Origin: Armatimonadota bacterium
GTDB taxonomy: Bacteria > Armatimonadota > HRBIN16
DNA: 64,000 nucleotides
Assembly: GCA_963677485.1 (NCBI GenBank)
Contig: OY781964.1
Location: forward strand, 128,001-192,000
Reading direction: 5' to 3'
In this document: positions 60,813-64,000 of the stretch, piece after piece
Layout of the letters: every line of letters starts with the position of its first letter
How positions within the stretch are numbered: the stretch's first letter is position 1
Notes under the pieces: generated by a model
Told to the model about the DNA's origin: nothing
Database searches by the model: none
Seen by the model: only the letters and a program-made list of their open reading frames with translations
Program-made: the position numbers and the translations under genes

Positions 60813-61859
60813 ATGCTGAAACCCTATCTGGAAGACTTGGAATCGCGTATCAATGAGCAGGACGAGCAAGCGCTGTTCGAGGAGTGGCTGAGGTTCACCA
60901 ACGGTCAGTTCGATGGGGAAATTTTCACGCCGCATCGACATTCACCTAGCCCTCCTTCCCTACCCTGGCCCAACCCCACCGTCAACGAGGCACTGGATGA
61001 CTTCGAAGCGATGGTGCTGCAGCAGTTGGGGCCGTGCTCCGCGCAGTTAGCCGCTGCGGGAGGTTCATTGCTCAACGTGCGGGCGAACTACGGCACCCCC
61101 ATCATCCCCTCGCTGTTTGGCGTGAAGCTTTATCGTATGGCTGACGCTCTGAACACCCTTCCCGCCAGTTGGCCGCTGGACGGCATCGAGGCGATTCGTG
61201 CGGTGGTAGACGGCGGTGTGCCTAACCTGCACCACTCACTGGGTGGACAGGCACTGGAAGCCGGTGCGCGGTATGTGGAGCTGTTCCGCGACTACCCGAA
61301 GATTTCGCGTTACGTGCATATATACCACCCCGATATGCAGGGGCCCATGGACCTTTGCGAGATGATATGGGGCAGCGGGATATTTATGGACAGCTACGAA
61401 CAACCTGAGCTGCTGCATGAGCTTCTGGAGGTGATCACACAAACCTACTCCGACTACATGCACGCCTGGGAGATGATCGTACCACATCGCGCCGATGGTC
61501 TGGCGGTGCATTGGGGGATGCTCACCAAAGGTCGGTTGATGCTGCGTGATGACTCGGCCATGAACTTCTCGCCGGCCATGTATCGTGAGTTCTTTGTGCC
61601 CTACGAGCAGCGTCTGCTCACGGAGTTTGGCGGTGGGGCCATGCATTTCTGCGGCCGAGGCACCCACTTCGTGCCCATCGCCACCACCCTGAAAGGTCTA
61701 TACGCCATCAACCTCAGTCAGCCTGAATGCAACAACATGGAGGCCATCTACCAGGCCACAGTTGACCGTGGGACACCCCTCATCGGGTTCTCCGGCCCCG
61801 AGGCCCAGCGTACATTGTCTGCAGGGCGTGATCTGCATTCGCTGGTGCATGTGGCTTGA
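60813..61859 (+). CDS. Uroporphyrinogen decarboxylase / MtaA-like fold hypothetical protein
   Basis: HPDMQGPMDL, PELLHELLE, DDSAMNFSPAMYREFFVPY, MHFCGRG; AGGAG RBS. Confidence 0.65.
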   Translation: MLKPYLEDLESRINEQDEQALFEEWLRFTNGQFDGEIFTPHRHSPSPPSLPWPNPTVNEALDDFEAMVLQQLGPCSAQLAAAGGSLLNVRANYGTPIIPSLFGVKLYRMADALNTLPASWPLDGIEAIRAVVDGGVPNLHHSLGGQALEAGARYVELFRDYPKISRYVHIYHPDMQGPMDLCEMIWGSGIFMDSYEQPELLHELLEVITQTYSDYMHAWEMIVPHRADGLAVHWGMLTKGRLMLRDDSAMNFSPAMYREFFVPYEQRLLTEFGGGAMHFCGRGTHFVPIATTLKGLYAINLSQPECNNMEAIYQATVDRGTPLIGFSGPEAQRTLSAGRDLHSLVHVA

Positions 61860-61871
61860 ATGTGATAGGGC

Positions 61872-62262
61872 GGGGCGTCCCTTGTGGGCGCCCGCTCATT
61901 AGCTGGCTCGAATGCCAAAGTCCGGGGCGGTCTGTGCGCAGGCGAGCGGTGGCAGGAGGCTCAAGACCGCGCCGGTCTAGCGGATAGCCACCAAAGACTG
62001 GTGTCGGGAACAAGCACTCGCCCGTGAAGGCACGGCAGCCCAGGCTGCAACTGATGGTGCCGGCAAATGGCCACGGGTTCAGTCACCCCACGGGACTGGC
62101 GTCCCTAAGGGGTTTCCTCACCGCGTGGCTGATCATTAGCGGCCGGCGTCGCTTCGCTCCGGCCGGCGCAGGGCATGTCCCCGCGTCCGCTTCAGCGGAC
62201 AGCCAGATGATAAGCGACGGGTGACGAGGCCTGCTTGAGCGGGCTGATGGAACCCGTCGCAG
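61872..62262. repeat. Mosaic (BIME-like) intergenic cluster of several palindromic repeat families
   Basis: REP unit near 61872-61895; copy of the left part of the 29573 element near 61913-62010; hairpins gtccgc-ttca-gcggac and gcgacgggt...acccgtcgc. Confidence 0.65.
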
Positions 62263-62310
62263 TTTGGCGGCATAACTTTAATAACGACCAGTTGCTTACA
62301 GTAGCCGCAG

Positions 62311-62946
62311 TTATACCTTGGCGATGCGAAGCAGCTCCTGGATCTTCTCGTCTTCCACTTCGTTCAGAATCACGCCAGCAGCGGCGGCGGAACACATCAT
62401 CCGGCAGCTCTGCTCAAACGACAGAACGCGCATCATCAAGCCTCGCATGGTGGCATGCATACAGATAATCCCGTGGTTTGCAAGGATGATGGAATCATGA
62501 TCCACGGCCATCTCCGACACTGCGTCGGCTAACGGCTGGGAGCCAGGAAATAGAAACGGCACACGCCCTACTCGTCCCAGATATACCATCACCTCAACGG
62601 TGGCCGTTTGGTTGGGCATTAGGTCGGTACACGCCAACAGCGTGCTGTAGTGCGGGCTCAAATGCGCTACAAAATTCACCTCAGGCCGTAGTTTGTATAT
62701 TCCGAGATGCATTTGCCACTCCACACTGGGACGCGGACCGCTATTTTCAGACCCATCCATATGGCACAGGCTCATCTCATCAAGCTGCAGCTCAGAAACC
62801 CAGCTTCCACTCGCCGAAATCAAAAAAGTCTCATCGTCTATTCGGGCACTGATATTGCCAGTTGACCCCCAGGCGATCTGATTATCACGTAACACACGAG
62901 ATATCCCAAGCATATTCTGCTGGGCCTCTTCTAATTGGATACTCAC
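62311..62946 (-). CDS. Class II aldolase/adducin family protein
   Basis: GNISAR, PSVEWQMH..IY..RP, AHLSP, PGS..LA, LANHG. GTG start overlaps the upstream stop (GTGA). Confidence 0.88.
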   Translation of the reverse strand: MSIQLEEAQQNMLGISRVLRDNQIAWGSTGNISARIDDETFLISASGSWVSELQLDEMSLCHMDGSENSGPRPSVEWQMHLGIYKLRPEVNFVAHLSPHYSTLLACTDLMPNQTATVEVMVYLGRVGRVPFLFPGSQPLADAVSEMAVDHDSIILANHGIICMHATMRGLMMRVLSFEQSCRMMCSAAAAGVILNEVEDEKIQELLRIAKV

Positions 62947-64000
62947 TTTGCTTCCATTTCTGCCATACTCACATGCAGTCGTCGGCGCAGCTCTGCCCAC
63001 TGCTGTACAACCTGGCCAACGTCTACTATCGGGCGTGTTATTTCAGAGTTCAAATATAGGATATCACCTCGCACCATCGTCAATCGGTTGAGGATGGCAC
63101 ACCCTTGCGAAACAACATCGTACATGGGGTCATCACTAATCGATGTCACACGGTCCAGATCAATCGCACTCAGGCTGGCAATATGCCCTTCGGCTATTCG
63201 TCCACAAGGATCATCAAGATGAATCGCTAAGCCACCAGAACAGACTGCCGCCTCTAACAACTCATCGGTCGATAACAATGGATTGGCCAGCAATGCCGCT
63301 CTCATCTCCGACCACATGTCCAGGTCACCCGAACTGGCGGCACTATCAGTGCCCAAGGCCCAAGTAAGGTGATGCCTGTTCCACAGATCGGTATCGGCCT
63401 GCCCCCCGCTTAGTGCCTCGTTACTGCGAGGGCAGTGTACGATCGGAGCGTGGTGCTGCTGCAGCGTCTCCATATCGGTCTCCTCAAGGTGAACGCCGTG
63501 GATCAGTGTGGGCTCATGGTTAAAAAATCCGCGTCGGTTCAGCGCTTGGACAGGGGTAGGTTGGTATATCGGCCACTTGATGCCCCTTTGTCGATACAAC
63601 TCCGAATAAGGCCCAGACTGTGATATCAGTAACGCCATTTCCTCGGTGCTCTCGCAAAGGTGGATGCAAAACGGCAGCTTCTTCCTTGAGGCAGTGCGAA
63701 CCATGGGCATCAGCGCAGCGGTCGGCACAGTATACAGGCTATGAGCACTCAGCCCGAGTTGCACATGGCTGCCATGGATATCTAGTTCAAGCGAGTTGAG
63801 GCGGCTGTTAAGTTCCTCTTCAAACGGCAGTGAGACCATGTCAGGCATGGCCGTAAACTCAAGGTAGACCGTGGCCTCCAAACCCATATCGGCGATCGCC
63901 CGTGGTGAGGTGTCGGAGAAGCTGACATCACCCAGAGCGGTCGTTCCGGATCTGACACTCTGAATCGCTCCATACAAGCTGCTCACATAGTAGTCTTCAG
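62943..64000 (-). CDS. Metal-dependent amidohydrolase (MTA/SAH or aminodeoxyfutalosine deaminase-like), 5' end outside the window
   Basis: SGTT..GD, SAHSLYTV, IHLCES.EE, IHGVH, HCPRSN, LGTDSAAS. Confidence 0.85.
   Translation of the reverse strand, partial: EDYYVSSLYGAIQSVRSGTTALGDVSFSDTSPRAIADMGLEATVYLEFTAMPDMVSLPFEEELNSRLNSLELDIHGSHVQLGLSAHSLYTVPTAALMPMVRTASRKKLPFCIHLCESTEEMALLISQSGPYSELYRQRGIKWPIYQPTPVQALNRRGFFNHEPTLIHGVHLEETDMETLQQHHAPIVHCPRSNEALSGGQADTDLWNRHHLTWALGTDSAASSGDLDMWSEMRAALLANPLLSTDELLEAAVCSGGLAIHLDDPCGRIAEGHIASLSAIDLDRVTSISDDPMYDVVSQGCAILNRLTMVRGDILYLNSEITRPIVDVGQVVQQWAELRRRLHVSMAEMEAK

Noticed and set aside
1-64000. CRISPR arrays, tRNA/rRNA genes and the many short antisense or overlapping ORFs
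   Set aside because: No regularly spaced direct repeats or RNA-gene signatures were seen; the short ORFs are shadows of well-supported genes.

Overview
64 kb of bacterial chromosome at moderate GC. The many secreted carbohydrate-active enzymes are reminiscent of Armatimonadota-type heterotrophs, but that is inference only. Housekeeping genes present: accA, accD, pheA, csp, prsA-like foldase, rluD, lgt, trpS, coaX, glmM, grpE, hrcA, rsmG, a long-chain acyl-CoA ligase and a GMPP/PMM fusion. They are interleaved with accessory glycan-degradation genes (two tandem GH29-like paralogs, a six-hairpin GH, GH36, two GH99-like paralogs, GH38, GH127), an isolated quinol-dependent NO reductase, a Kef-type antiporter with extra RCK domains and an orphan XRE antitoxin. 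Two loci stand out. (1) An 1815-bp IS110 element (9575-11389, - strand) whose ends, CT core, empty REP-like palindromic target and putative bridge RNA can be read from the sequence; the four predicted guide segments match the reconstructed target and donor junctions, while the recombinase carries one in-frame TAA. (2) An ECF sigma / zinc anti-sigma / HtrA-like operon with a sigmaE-type promoter, whose HtrA homologue appears to lack all three catalytic-triad residues. Several REP/MITE-like palindromic repeat families occur between genes. No rRNA, tRNA or CRISPR array was seen. All family calls come from motif recognition by eye, without database searches.
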